From NCBI GenBank assembly GCA_041666225.1, contig JBAYHJ010000003.1:17116-81115 (forward strand): a stretch of DNA of 64,000 nt, read 5' to 3'. Below the pieces are notes generated by a model. That model was not told the DNA's origin. It saw nothing but the letters and a program-made list of their open reading frames with translations, and did no database searches. Source of the stretch: Minisyncoccota bacterium. Lineage in GTDB: Bacteria; Patescibacteriota; Minisyncoccia; Phycocordibacterales; UBA9973. This document shows positions 29,253 through 37,543 of the stretch, piece by piece (the first letter of the stretch is position 1; the number at the start of each line of letters is the position of its first letter). Position numbers and translations under genes: made by a program.

Positions 29253-29950
29253 TTTAATATTTTTTTAACCTCTTTATAAACCATATCATGCACATCTTCG
29301 CGTGATAAAATTTTTCCTTTTTGAGAACATTCAATTTTAATAAAATTAGGATTTTCTTTTACCAAATTAAGAGCACTTTTTCTTGAATTAACTAAAAATT
29401 CCATATCATTTTCATAAACATCTTTTTTCTTTTTCAAATACTCTCTTTTCATCTTACTACTATCCCTTTCTTTTAAAAGATCTAGGACAATTTTAATTGG
29501 TAAACTCAAATACAAAGTAATGTCTGGTTTTGGAATACCAAAAACTTCATATTCCATTTGGTTTAACCATTTCATAAAATCTGCTCTTTTCTTGGCACTT
29601 TTAATTTTTCCACCTTGGTGAATTTGATTTGCCGATACATAACGATTTGCAATAACCACGTATCCCTTTGAAAGCCATTCTTTCATCTCAACACTAGACT
29701 CCCATCTATCTGCAGCAAAAAGTACTGAAGTAATTTTTGGGTGAACACCTAGAAAATTATAATATTGCTCAGAAAGACAGTGCCCAATAAATTTTCCAAA
29801 GAAATTTTTATAATACTCAGGAAAATCAACAACTTTTACTTTGTGACCATCTTTTTTCAAATGCTCAGTTAAGTAAGCCACTTGAGTCGCCTTCCCACTT
29901 CCATCTGTCCCATCTATAACAATCAACTTCCCTTTATATTTTTGTTTCAT
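29249..29950 (-). CDS. tmk: Thymidylate (dTMP) kinase
   Basis: P-loop IVIDGTDGSGKATQ and the DRW/LID region. 233 aa, with a C-terminal extension. Confidence 0.85.
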   Translation of the reverse strand: MKQKYKGKLIVIDGTDGSGKATQVAYLTEHLKKDGHKVKVVDFPEYYKNFFGKFIGHCLSEQYYNFLGVHPKITSVLFAADRWESSVEMKEWLSKGYVVIANRYVSANQIHQGGKIKSAKKRADFMKWLNQMEYEVFGIPKPDITLYLSLPIKIVLDLLKERDSSKMKREYLKKKKDVYENDMEFLVNSRKSALNLVKENPNFIKIECSQKGKILSREDVHDMVYKEVKKILK

Positions 29951-29984
29951 ATTATCTTAAATTATATCATCAAATTATAAAACG

Positions 29985-30032
29985 ATGAAATCTATACAAA
30001 CTCTGCCATGGCAGAGTTTGTATAGATTTCAT
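29985..30032. promoter_or_regulatory. 48-bp perfect palindrome in the divergent tmk / wHTH-gene promoter region (core TCTGCCATGGCAGA)
   Basis: 24+24 bp perfect inverted repeat, ATGAAATCTATACAAACTCTGCCA|TGGCAGAGTTTGTATAGATTTCAT. Confidence 0.6.
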
Positions 30033-30054
30033 TTTTAATATATAATATATTCAT

Positions 30055-30531
30055 ATGTCTATAGTAAGTGAAATATTAGAAGAATTATGGAATAAAGAAC
30101 TTAATTATAAGGGAGTTAGAGTAAATATATTCGGTATTCCTCGTTTAAAAAGATATAAAAAGGAAAGTATTTATATAACCATTAGTAGATTAAAGAAAAA
30201 GGGCATTGTAGAAAAAGAATTATCTGGTATAGTACTTTCCAAATACGGGAAGGAGTATGTTAAGAAAAAGATTGATTCATTAAAACAATTTGATAGGCCT
30301 GAGAATTTATCTAAAGAAAAAAATCTTCTATTGATGTTTGATATACCAACACATAGAAAACCAGAGCGAGAATGGCTCAGGTGGCACCTAAAAAAATTCG
30401 GTTATATTATGATTCAAAAAAGTGCTTGGGTTGGCCCATCTCCTCTCCCCAAAGAATTCAAGGATTATATAAAAGAAATTAAATTGGAAAAATGTATTAA
30501 AACTTTTAAGCTCGAAAAATCTTACAAATAA
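30055..30531 (+). CDS. Putative winged-helix DNA-binding protein with a C-terminal Cas2-like/PaaX-like segment (hypothetical regulator)
   Basis: N-terminus has a wHTH-like ISRLKKKGIV segment. C-terminus has LLLMFDIPTHRKPEREWLRWHLKKFGYIMIQKSAWVG, resembling the Cas2 beta-alpha-beta pattern. The family assignment is uncertain. Confidence 0.35.
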   Translation: MSIVSEILEELWNKELNYKGVRVNIFGIPRLKRYKKESIYITISRLKKKGIVEKELSGIVLSKYGKEYVKKKIDSLKQFDRPENLSKEKNLLLMFDIPTHRKPEREWLRWHLKKFGYIMIQKSAWVGPSPLPKEFKDYIKEIKLEKCIKTFKLEKSYK

Positions 30532-30552
30532 CTAAAATGCTACCATTTCTGC

Positions 30553-30594
30553 CATGGCAGAAATGGTAGCATTTTAGTTTTATTATTAACTTTA
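30553..30594. terminator. 42-bp perfect palindrome between convergent genes (bidirectional terminator sharing the TCTGCCATGGCAGA core)
   Basis: AAAATGCTACCATTTCTGCCA|TGGCAGAAATGGTAGCATTTT. Confidence 0.6.
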
Positions 30595-30595
30595 T

Positions 30596-31024
30596 TTATT
30601 TTTTGTCAGAATAATTTTTGAAAATGTTTTTTAATATATCTAAAACTTCTTCTTTGTTTGAATAATGAGAAACTTTACAATTTGAATTACCGGCAATCAT
30701 AGCAGAAACTTTCTTGTCTTCTTTCTTATTATATAAACAAAAAATATTTTTATTTAATTTTTCTGCATAAGCAATTTCATAACCAACTCCAAGAGAAGGA
30801 ACTGAGACATCTGCAATAATAATATCAGATTCCATTATATAGGAAATATCTCGATTATATATTTCCTTATCTGTCATATTAGGACTTCCATAACTAGTAA
30901 GTGATTTATCGGCTACAAATTCACTAATCACTTCTCCGTATTTAACTAACTCCTTCACAATAAAATCATACCATTCAGCATGTTCTCTTCCTCCTCTTAT
31001 TGATCCAGAAAAATATATTTTCAT
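30596..31024 (-). CDS. 2'-deoxynucleoside 5'-phosphate N-hydrolase (DNPH1/Rcl family)
   Basis: YFSGSIRGGREH, YGEVISEFVAD, SDIIIADVSVPSLGVGYEIA and KVSAMIAG align closely with the DNPH1 motifs YFCGSIRGGRED / PSLGVGYELG / VLSAMIRG. Confidence 0.8.
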   Translation of the reverse strand: MKIYFSGSIRGGREHAEWYDFIVKELVKYGEVISEFVADKSLTSYGSPNMTDKEIYNRDISYIMESDIIIADVSVPSLGVGYEIAYAEKLNKNIFCLYNKKEDKKVSAMIAGNSNCKVSHYSNKEEVLDILKNIFKNYSDKK

Positions 31025-31590
31025 AAATTATTTTTTAAATTATAAGCTAATATATCATAACCATGCTCGGTATGATCCTCTCTTGCTACACCCCATAACT
31101 CCAATATATCACTTAATTCATTTTGAATTTTTTCTGTTTCATCTGCAGTGCCAAATTTTTCTAGTTCTATGTATGAACCAAGTCCAACAACATTATCAAG
31201 GCAAATTTCAATTTCACCCAATTTGTAAGTTTCCCTATCTTTTTCTGTTATACAAAATTCATAAAATCCCAAAGTTAAAATAATTGATTCTAAATTAGTA
31301 ATATCTTCTTCTTTTATTTCAATTTCGTACTCTTTGCAATCTGATTCACATTTCACTGGTTGTTTAAGAGTAAAAATAACTTTTTTATTTTTTTCTGATT
31401 CCTGTTTTCTAATTCTCAAATAGTTAATACCAAGTAAATTTATCCCCTCTTCTATTTTTCTAATATGATTCGGCCAAAAAACAATATCTCTTTGGTGTTT
31501 TTCACCTAAAAATTCTGCCCTAGAATTTTTAATATATTCTAAAACTTTTTCTCTATCTCTCAATTTTGCTTTTACTTCTATTTCATTCAT
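31021..31590 (-). CDS. CYTH-domain protein (triphosphate tunnel metalloenzyme / class IV adenylyl cyclase-like)
   Basis: N-terminal MNEIEVKAKL (the EIEVK signature) and about 189 aa. Confidence 0.65.
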   Translation of the reverse strand: MNEIEVKAKLRDREKVLEYIKNSRAEFLGEKHQRDIVFWPNHIRKIEEGINLLGINYLRIRKQESEKNKKVIFTLKQPVKCESDCKEYEIEIKEEDITNLESIILTLGFYEFCITEKDRETYKLGEIEICLDNVVGLGSYIELEKFGTADETEKIQNELSDILELWGVAREDHTEHGYDILAYNLKNNL

Positions 31591-31593
31591 ATT

Positions 31594-32790
31594 TTATTTA
31601 CCTCTTAAAATTCTATCCATCTTAGTGGCAATTTTTATCATATCATTCTCTTTTCTTCCTCTTGTTGTTTCAGCACAAGTACCTAGTCGAACTCCTGATG
31701 GATCCATAACACTTCGTGTGTCCCCTGGAATAGTATTCATATTCACAATAATTCCTGATTTTTCTAATTTGATACTTGCCTCTTTACCACTGATACCCTT
31801 CCCGTCCATCCACGTGTCCATCAATATTAAATGTGAATCCGTTCCACCTGAGATAATATGCCAGCCGAGTTTTTGTAATTCTTTAGCTAGGACTTTAGCA
31901 TTTTTAATAACTTGTTTTGCATATTTTTTAAACTCAGGCTTTGCTGCCTCAGCAAGTGCTACAGCGACGCCTGCAATATTGTTTTCGTGTGGTCCACCAA
32001 AAAGTCCTGGAGTCACCATCTTGTCTAATTTTTTATCAAAACCTCTTTCGTCTTTTTTAACAAATAGAATTGCCTGGCGTGGACCACGAAGAGACTTATG
32101 AGTTGTTGTCATCACAGAGTCAGCATATGGAAATGGTGATGGATAAGCACCACCTGCAATAAGTCCCGCAAAGTGTGAAATATCTACATGTAGAATCGCT
32201 CCCCGCCTACCATCGGGGTAAACCACTGCATCTGCAATTTCTCTGAACTTTTTAAAATCAACAACTCTAGGATAAGCAGTAAAACCACAAACAATAATAT
32301 CGGGCTTTTCAGCTATTGCTAATTTTTTCAAAGCATCATAATCTATAACTTCGGTTTTAGAATCAAGCTCAAATTGTAATGGCTTCCAAAGTTTCCCCGT
32401 CATTGAAAGTGGATGACCATGAGTTAAATGCCCTCCTGAAGTTAATTTCATTCCCATTATTTTTCCACCAATAGGAACTAGCGCAGAGTATAAAGCAAAG
32501 TTGGCAGGACTTCCTGATAGAAGTTGAACATTTACATGCCAATCTTCTTTTTTTAATTTAAAAAGTTTGAGAGCACGTTCCATGCAAAGAACTTCAACTT
32601 TGTCTATAATTTCATTACCACCATAATATCTACGTCCTGGGTAACCTTCAGCGTATTTATTTGTCAGTTTTGAACCAACTGCCCTAAGAACATCGTCAGA
32701 TACATAGTTCTCTGAAGCAATTAAGTTTATAACACTTTTTTGTCTTTTTTCTTCTGCCTTTATAAGTTTTTCTATTTGTTTATCTTTCAT
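31594..32790 (-). CDS. glyA: Serine hydroxymethyltransferase
   Basis: LIASENYVS and the PLP-lysine region TTTHKSLRGPR. Confidence 0.9.
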   Translation of the reverse strand: MKDKQIEKLIKAEEKRQKSVINLIASENYVSDDVLRAVGSKLTNKYAEGYPGRRYYGGNEIIDKVEVLCMERALKLFKLKKEDWHVNVQLLSGSPANFALYSALVPIGGKIMGMKLTSGGHLTHGHPLSMTGKLWKPLQFELDSKTEVIDYDALKKLAIAEKPDIIVCGFTAYPRVVDFKKFREIADAVVYPDGRRGAILHVDISHFAGLIAGGAYPSPFPYADSVMTTTHKSLRGPRQAILFVKKDERGFDKKLDKMVTPGLFGGPHENNIAGVAVALAEAAKPEFKKYAKQVIKNAKVLAKELQKLGWHIISGGTDSHLILMDTWMDGKGISGKEASIKLEKSGIIVNMNTIPGDTRSVMDPSGVRLGTCAETTRGRKENDMIKIATKMDRILRGK

Positions 32791-32891
32791 ATTATTGGTG
32801 GTTTAGATTGGTAATAAATTGATTTTATCACAAATTAAGGAAACTAAAAAATCCGGCTTGAACCGGATTTTTAAAGAGATTAATTTGACTA

Positions 32892-33293
32892 TTATAGTAG
32901 TTTTTTTATTTTTTCGACAAGTAAGTCAATATATTCTTCTATTTGATTTAAATCGTTAACTTGAACAATTTCAGTTTTCATACCATTACAAATTAATGGA
33001 ACTAAATGATTTTCATTTGTTAAAATAATTATTTGTTTTTTTATTCCATATGCGTATCCCAATTCAGCCCCCCAATTAGGAGATTCATTTAGGGCAATGG
33101 CCAATATTAATGATGATTCTTCAATCCCTCTTATATCTTGGCTAAATAATATTTCATCTTTTTCTTCTTGATTGGTATCGCGATGTGGAAGATAGCAAGT
33201 TATTCCACTTTTTTCAAGAGCTTCACCTATTTTAGGATTAAATTCAACATTCCACTGATTAGTGAAAGTTGAAGTTAGATATATATTTTTCAT
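32892..33293 (-). CDS. Nucleoside 2-deoxyribosyltransferase-like protein
   Basis: 133 aa with NDT-family pattern (SSLILAIALNESPNWGAELGYAYGIKKQIIIL). Confidence 0.55.
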   Translation of the reverse strand: MKNIYLTSTFTNQWNVEFNPKIGEALEKSGITCYLPHRDTNQEEKDEILFSQDIRGIEESSLILAIALNESPNWGAELGYAYGIKKQIIILTNENHLVPLICNGMKTEIVQVNDLNQIEEYIDLLVEKIKKLL

Positions 33294-33311
33294 ATAATTT
33301 AAAATTGCTTT

Positions 33312-33851
33312 TTATTTATCAAACTGATGACCTAAAATATTTTTAGGGTTTCTTGGATTAAACAATATTTCACTATCATCAACAAGATAAACTTTTTTTA
33401 TTCCGATTCCCAACATCTTATCCCAACAGGGCTTACAACACCACCAGTGTCCCCATAGATATAATTCTGGATTATTAATATCTTTAATATTTCTTTTTTG
33501 AATATCTAAAACTGCTCTAGATTCTGCATGACTTTCATTTGTTGCACACCCAGGACAAGCCCAATATTTTTCACCAGTAGGAATATGAAGTAAATGTCTT
33601 ATACAATATTTTTTATGTAATTTTATCATCCAAGAAGATGATAAAGGATTTTTATTAGACTTTTCAGATATTATTTTACCATCACAAACAATAACTGCAC
33701 CAGTTGGTTGCTGTTGGTCATTTGATTTTTTTGCCTCTTCTTTTGCTTTACTCATTAAGTTATTACTTAGAGGTACAGATTCAATAAAACAACCCTCTGG
33801 TAAATAGGGATATTTTACACTTTCTTTTACATTATTTTGTGATGTTTCCAT
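33312..33851 (-). CDS. Deoxycytidylate (dCMP) deaminase-family zinc deaminase
   Basis: HAE zinc-ligand motif and PGCATNESHAESRAV...CCKPC (the H(A/C)E...PCxxC signature). Confidence 0.7.
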   Translation of the reverse strand: METSQNNVKESVKYPYLPEGCFIESVPLSNNLMSKAKEEAKKSNDQQQPTGAVIVCDGKIISEKSNKNPLSSSWMIKLHKKYCIRHLLHIPTGEKYWACPGCATNESHAESRAVLDIQKRNIKDINNPELYLWGHWWCCKPCWDKMLGIGIKKVYLVDDSEILFNPRNPKNILGHQFDK

Positions 33852-33880
33852 AATTTAAATTATACTATATAATTATTAGC

Positions 33881-34729
33881 ATGACTACTTTTGATACAAT
33901 CTATAAAAATTTAATAAAAAAAATAATAGAAGAAGGTATTGAAGAATTAAATGAACGCACAGGTCATAAGATAAAAATAATACCTGGACTTACTTTCCAA
34001 ATTGATATAGAGAAAGAAGGGTTTCCAATATTAACTCTTCGTAAGAATCCGATTAAATCACCCATTGCTGAGCAGGTATGGTTTATAACTGGAGATAAAG
34101 ATACAGAATTTTTAAGAAAATATACAAAAATGTGGGATGAATTTATTGAAGAAGATGGGACTATAACTTCTGCTTATGGATATAGATGGAGACATCATTT
34201 TGGCAGAGACCAATTAGACCAACTAATTAAACACCTAACAGAAGAGCCTCATTCAAGACAAGGAGTAGTTATAACATGGGACCCTTCTGATGATGGTCTA
34301 TATGGTAAAGGATTAAAAGCAACATACAAAAAGAATGCGCCATGCCCTTTCGCTTTTACGGTAAACATAGTGGGTGGGAGACTTCATCTTCATAATATAA
34401 TTCGATCAAACGATATGATGCTTGGTTGTACATTTGATACATTTGGATTTAGCCTACTTATGTGTGCTCTCGCTCAAAAATTGGGAGTAAGGCCAGGAAT
34501 TTATACTCATACTATTTCCAACGCACATATATATGACAATCATTACGAAGGAGCACTTGAATTGATTAAAAGAGAAAATAATCATCCAAATATTTTTCCA
34601 GTATTTCCAGAAAATATTTACGACAGAGCCTTTAATAAAGATGAAACACTGGTTGGTGAAATTTATGAATCTTTTGCCCCATATTACCATCCAGATGAAC
34701 CAATAAAAGGTTTAGACATAATAAAATAA
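33881..34729 (+). CDS. Thymidylate synthase (ThyA) family enzyme with atypical specificity residues (PCP instead of PCH; Asp at the E. coli Asn177 position)
   Basis: Gap-free alignment to E. coli ThyA across the catalytic Cys region: NAPCPFAFTVNIVGGRLHLHNIIRSNDMMLGCTFDTFGFSLL vs [41 protein letters not shown]. The N177 equivalent is D, and H147 is P. Confidence 0.75.
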   Translation: MTTFDTIYKNLIKKIIEEGIEELNERTGHKIKIIPGLTFQIDIEKEGFPILTLRKNPIKSPIAEQVWFITGDKDTEFLRKYTKMWDEFIEEDGTITSAYGYRWRHHFGRDQLDQLIKHLTEEPHSRQGVVITWDPSDDGLYGKGLKATYKKNAPCPFAFTVNIVGGRLHLHNIIRSNDMMLGCTFDTFGFSLLMCALAQKLGVRPGIYTHTISNAHIYDNHYEGALELIKRENNHPNIFPVFPENIYDRAFNKDETLVGEIYESFAPYYHPDEPIKGLDIIK

Positions 34730-34730
34730 T

Positions 34731-35231
34731 ATGATTTTATCTATAATTTCAGCCATAGGAAAAAACAATGAAATCGGTAAAAGTAATGCTTTGTTATGGG
34801 ATTTGCCCGCTGATATGAAGCATTTTAGAGAAACAACAAGTGGCCATGCTGTCATTATGGGTCAGAAAACTTTTGAATCCATAGGACGTCCCCTTCCAAA
34901 CCGTCGTAATATAATACTTACTAAAGATGAAAATTTTAAACAAGAAGGGATAGAAATTGTTTACTCAATTCCAGAACTTATGGAATTACTAGACAAAAAA
35001 ACAAGCAAAGACGAAGAAGGATTTATAATCGGAGGAGGTCAGATATATCGATTGTTTATGGATGTTGCGGACCGACTATATATCACTCACGTCGAGGAAT
35101 CATTCCCTGATGCAGATACATTCTTCCCAGAGATTGATACAACTAAATGGGAAAAAACAAAAAATGAATTTTATCCCGCTAATGAATTAAATAAATATAA
35201 TCTTGAGTTTGCAACATATACTAAAAAATAA
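34731..35231 (+). CDS. folA: Dihydrofolate reductase
   Basis: MILSIISAIGKNNEIGKSNALLWDLPADMKHF...VIMGQKTFESIGRPLPNRRNIILT is the canonical DHFR pattern. Confidence 0.85.
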   Translation: MILSIISAIGKNNEIGKSNALLWDLPADMKHFRETTSGHAVIMGQKTFESIGRPLPNRRNIILTKDENFKQEGIEIVYSIPELMELLDKKTSKDEEGFIIGGGQIYRLFMDVADRLYITHVEESFPDADTFFPEIDTTKWEKTKNEFYPANELNKYNLEFATYTKK

Positions 35232-35232
35232 A

Positions 35233-35262
35233 ACCCTCATATGAGGGTTTTATTTTTTATGG
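35233..35262. terminator. Terminator after folA
   Basis: AACCCTCATATGAGGGTT hairpin followed by TTTATTTTTT. Confidence 0.7.
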
Positions 35263-35586
35263 ATCTACTTCTGTTCTTTCTCTAATAAAAATATTTTTAC
35301 CATCTGGTGACTTTGTTTTTATATATTTACGATGTTTATTAATTTCTATTTTACGGACTAACTCATTCTCTAAGTCATAACCAAGAATCTCACACATACC
35401 TAAAAGGAAAATAGCGACATCTGCAAATTCTTCAGCAACACCATTTTGATTTTTATTAAATTTAGAAAAAGCTTCAGATAACTCTTCATGCGCCCGACAA
35501 AATTCAATAGCAACATCAGTAGTATTGAAGCCTTTTCCCAACTTATTACGCATCACTTCTTTTTGTAATTCTTTCAAATCTACCAT
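35257..35586 (-). CDS. MazG-like all-alpha NTP pyrophosphohydrolase (DCTPP1-like)
   Basis: 109 aa with EELSEA...EEFADVAIFLLGMCEILGYDLE (MazG EExxE/D motifs). Confidence 0.65.
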   Translation of the reverse strand: MVDLKELQKEVMRNKLGKGFNTTDVAIEFCRAHEELSEAFSKFNKNQNGVAEEFADVAIFLLGMCEILGYDLENELVRKIEINKHRKYIKTKSPDGKNIFIRERTEVDP

Positions 35587-35626
35587 AGTTTTATAATAAT
35601 ACTTTTAATTAAAATTAACAAATATT

Positions 35627-36286
35627 TTATCTAAGTACAAAAAAGCCTAAAATCATCCCCACAAAGTTTAAAATTGTGTGAGATGCAGATATTAAAAATA
35701 AATTTTGATATTTATAATACATCCAAGCAAAACCAATACCTGCAACAAAAGTTACGGGGAGGACAAAAGCTGAATTAAGATAGATGACATGCATTAAAGC
35801 AAAGAGACTTGCATTCAAGCCAATAATAAATATTGGGTTCTTAAAAACTCGACGGAGCATATTCATTAAAACTCCACGAAAAATAACTTCCTGAAGAACA
35901 CTAAGAGGTATAAATAAAAGCAAAAACTTTTCATTTTTCCACCAATTTAAAAATGGTTTACCAATTTCAAATTCTTCAACTATAAAAAGAAAAATAACTC
36001 CACAAATAGTAAAAATTAGATAAGGTAAAAAATCTTTCGTCCATTTTTTTTTGATTCCAAAATCTTCATGATTCCATTTCTCATAGCGAGCAATACCGTA
36101 AATCAAAACTGCTACAGTTAGTAGCATTAAGATACGAAAATCATTTCCTATAACTTTATAATAAAGAAGTAATATGGGAATCAAAAACAAATATAATATC
36201 TGCAACCAAACAAGCTCTCTTTCTTTTTTTATATCACTTATACTTTCCATTTTGCTATTATAACAATAAGTGAGAAGCATGAGCAA
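35627..36286 (-). CDS. CPBP-family intramembrane metalloprotease (CAAX protease/Abi)
   Basis: LQEVIFRGVLMN (EExxxR motif) and the HV motif within a polytopic membrane protein. Confidence 0.65.
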   Translation of the reverse strand: MLMLLTYCYNSKMESISDIKKERELVWLQILYLFLIPILLLYYKVIGNDFRILMLLTVAVLIYGIARYEKWNHEDFGIKKKWTKDFLPYLIFTICGVIFLFIVEEFEIGKPFLNWWKNEKFLLLFIPLSVLQEVIFRGVLMNMLRRVFKNPIFIIGLNASLFALMHVIYLNSAFVLPVTFVAGIGFAWMYYKYQNLFLISASHTILNFVGMILGFFVLR

Positions 36287-36314
36287 ATAAATCGCGATAT
36301 ACTATAAAAATATA

Positions 36315-37541
36315 TTATTCATACCTGAGTGCTTCTATTGGATTTAGATTCGCAGCACGGTGAGCAGGATAGTATCCAAATATAATTCCAATTAAAGCCG
36401 AAACTCCAAAAGCAAGTAGTACAGATGAAATAGACACTTGCGCTTGAAGAATACCAAAATAAGAAACTCCAAAAGAGATAGCCCAACCAAGAGCAACTCC
36501 AACAATTCCACCTATTAAGGTAAGCATCGTAGCCTCAATAAGAAACTGAATATTAATATCTTTTTTCTTGGCCCCAATTGCTTTACGAAGACCAATCTCA
36601 CGCGTACGCTCGGTAACAGTTGTAAGCATCATATTCATAATACCTATCCCCCCTACAAGCAAGGATATCCCCGCCACTGCAGCTAAAAGTGAAGTAAAAG
36701 TACCTGTCACACTCGAAGCAGTTTCTATGATATCAGCTTGGTTTAAAGTATTGAAATCAATTTTTGTCTCGTCAGTAATTCCATGGAGTTCCGTTAATAA
36801 TGCCGTTACATCTGTTTGAACTTGTGTTGAGGCTTCTGAACTAACTGCCGAAATATCAATCTGACTTAGATATTTATTACCTGATAAATAACGTTGTGCA
36901 GTTGTATAAGGAATATAGATAGTATCATCACTATTAGAAAAACCCGACCCGCCTTTTGATTTAGCCACACCAATAATTTTATATTCTGACCCAGAGATAC
37001 GAATTTTCTCTCCTGTCACATCAGTCGTTCCTTCTCCAAATAAATCATCGCGAGTAGTTGAGCCTAGTACTGCAACCTTAGAACTACTAGAAACATTCTG
37101 ATCTGAAATAAAATCACCTTCATCCATTGAAACATTTCTAACTGTAGAATATGATGGCTCTGTCCCCATAATACTTGTATTTATATTTGCTCCTGTTGCC
37201 ACTACTTGTTTACGAGTAGAAACCTCCCGAACCACAGCTTCTACATTTTCAACTTCTTTAGATATTGCTTCAGCGTCTTCTAGAGTCAAGCTTTGAGCTC
37301 CACCACGAGAAGCAGTCGGACCTCCTCCAAAAGAACGCTGAGCTCCAGGCATCACCATTATAAGATTAGCTCCTATTGATTCAATCGAAGAAGACACAGA
37401 ATTTTGAGCTCCTTGACCAATTGCGGTCATAGCAATAACTGAAGCAATGCCGATAATAATACCAAGCATAGTAAGACCCGTACGGGCTTTATTTGCCCTA
37501 AGTGCCGAAGATGTTTCTTGTAATATATCTCTTGTTTTCAT
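36315..37541 (-). CDS. ABC transporter permease, FtsX/MacB-like
   Basis: N-terminal TM segment, large periplasmic domain, then three C-terminal TM segments. Confidence 0.8.
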   Translation of the reverse strand: MKTRDILQETSSALRANKARTGLTMLGIIIGIASVIAMTAIGQGAQNSVSSSIESIGANLIMVMPGAQRSFGGGPTASRGGAQSLTLEDAEAISKEVENVEAVVREVSTRKQVVATGANINTSIMGTEPSYSTVRNVSMDEGDFISDQNVSSSSKVAVLGSTTRDDLFGEGTTDVTGEKIRISGSEYKIIGVAKSKGGSGFSNSDDTIYIPYTTAQRYLSGNKYLSQIDISAVSSEASTQVQTDVTALLTELHGITDETKIDFNTLNQADIIETASSVTGTFTSLLAAVAGISLLVGGIGIMNMMLTTVTERTREIGLRKAIGAKKKDINIQFLIEATMLTLIGGIVGVALGWAISFGVSYFGILQAQVSISSVLLAFGVSALIGIIFGYYPAHRAANLNPIEALRYE

Positions 37542-37543
37542 AA

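Noticed and set aside
31625-32101. 158-aa plus-strand ORF
   Set aside because: It lies entirely antisense within glyA, whose identity is unambiguous.
33881-34729. Treating the ThyA homologue simply as a canonical thymidylate synthase
   Set aside because: Not fully rejected, since the adjacency to folA, glyA and tmk fits canonical function. I flagged it instead because of the Asp-for-Asn177 and Pro-for-His147 substitutions. The evidence is an alignment by eye only.
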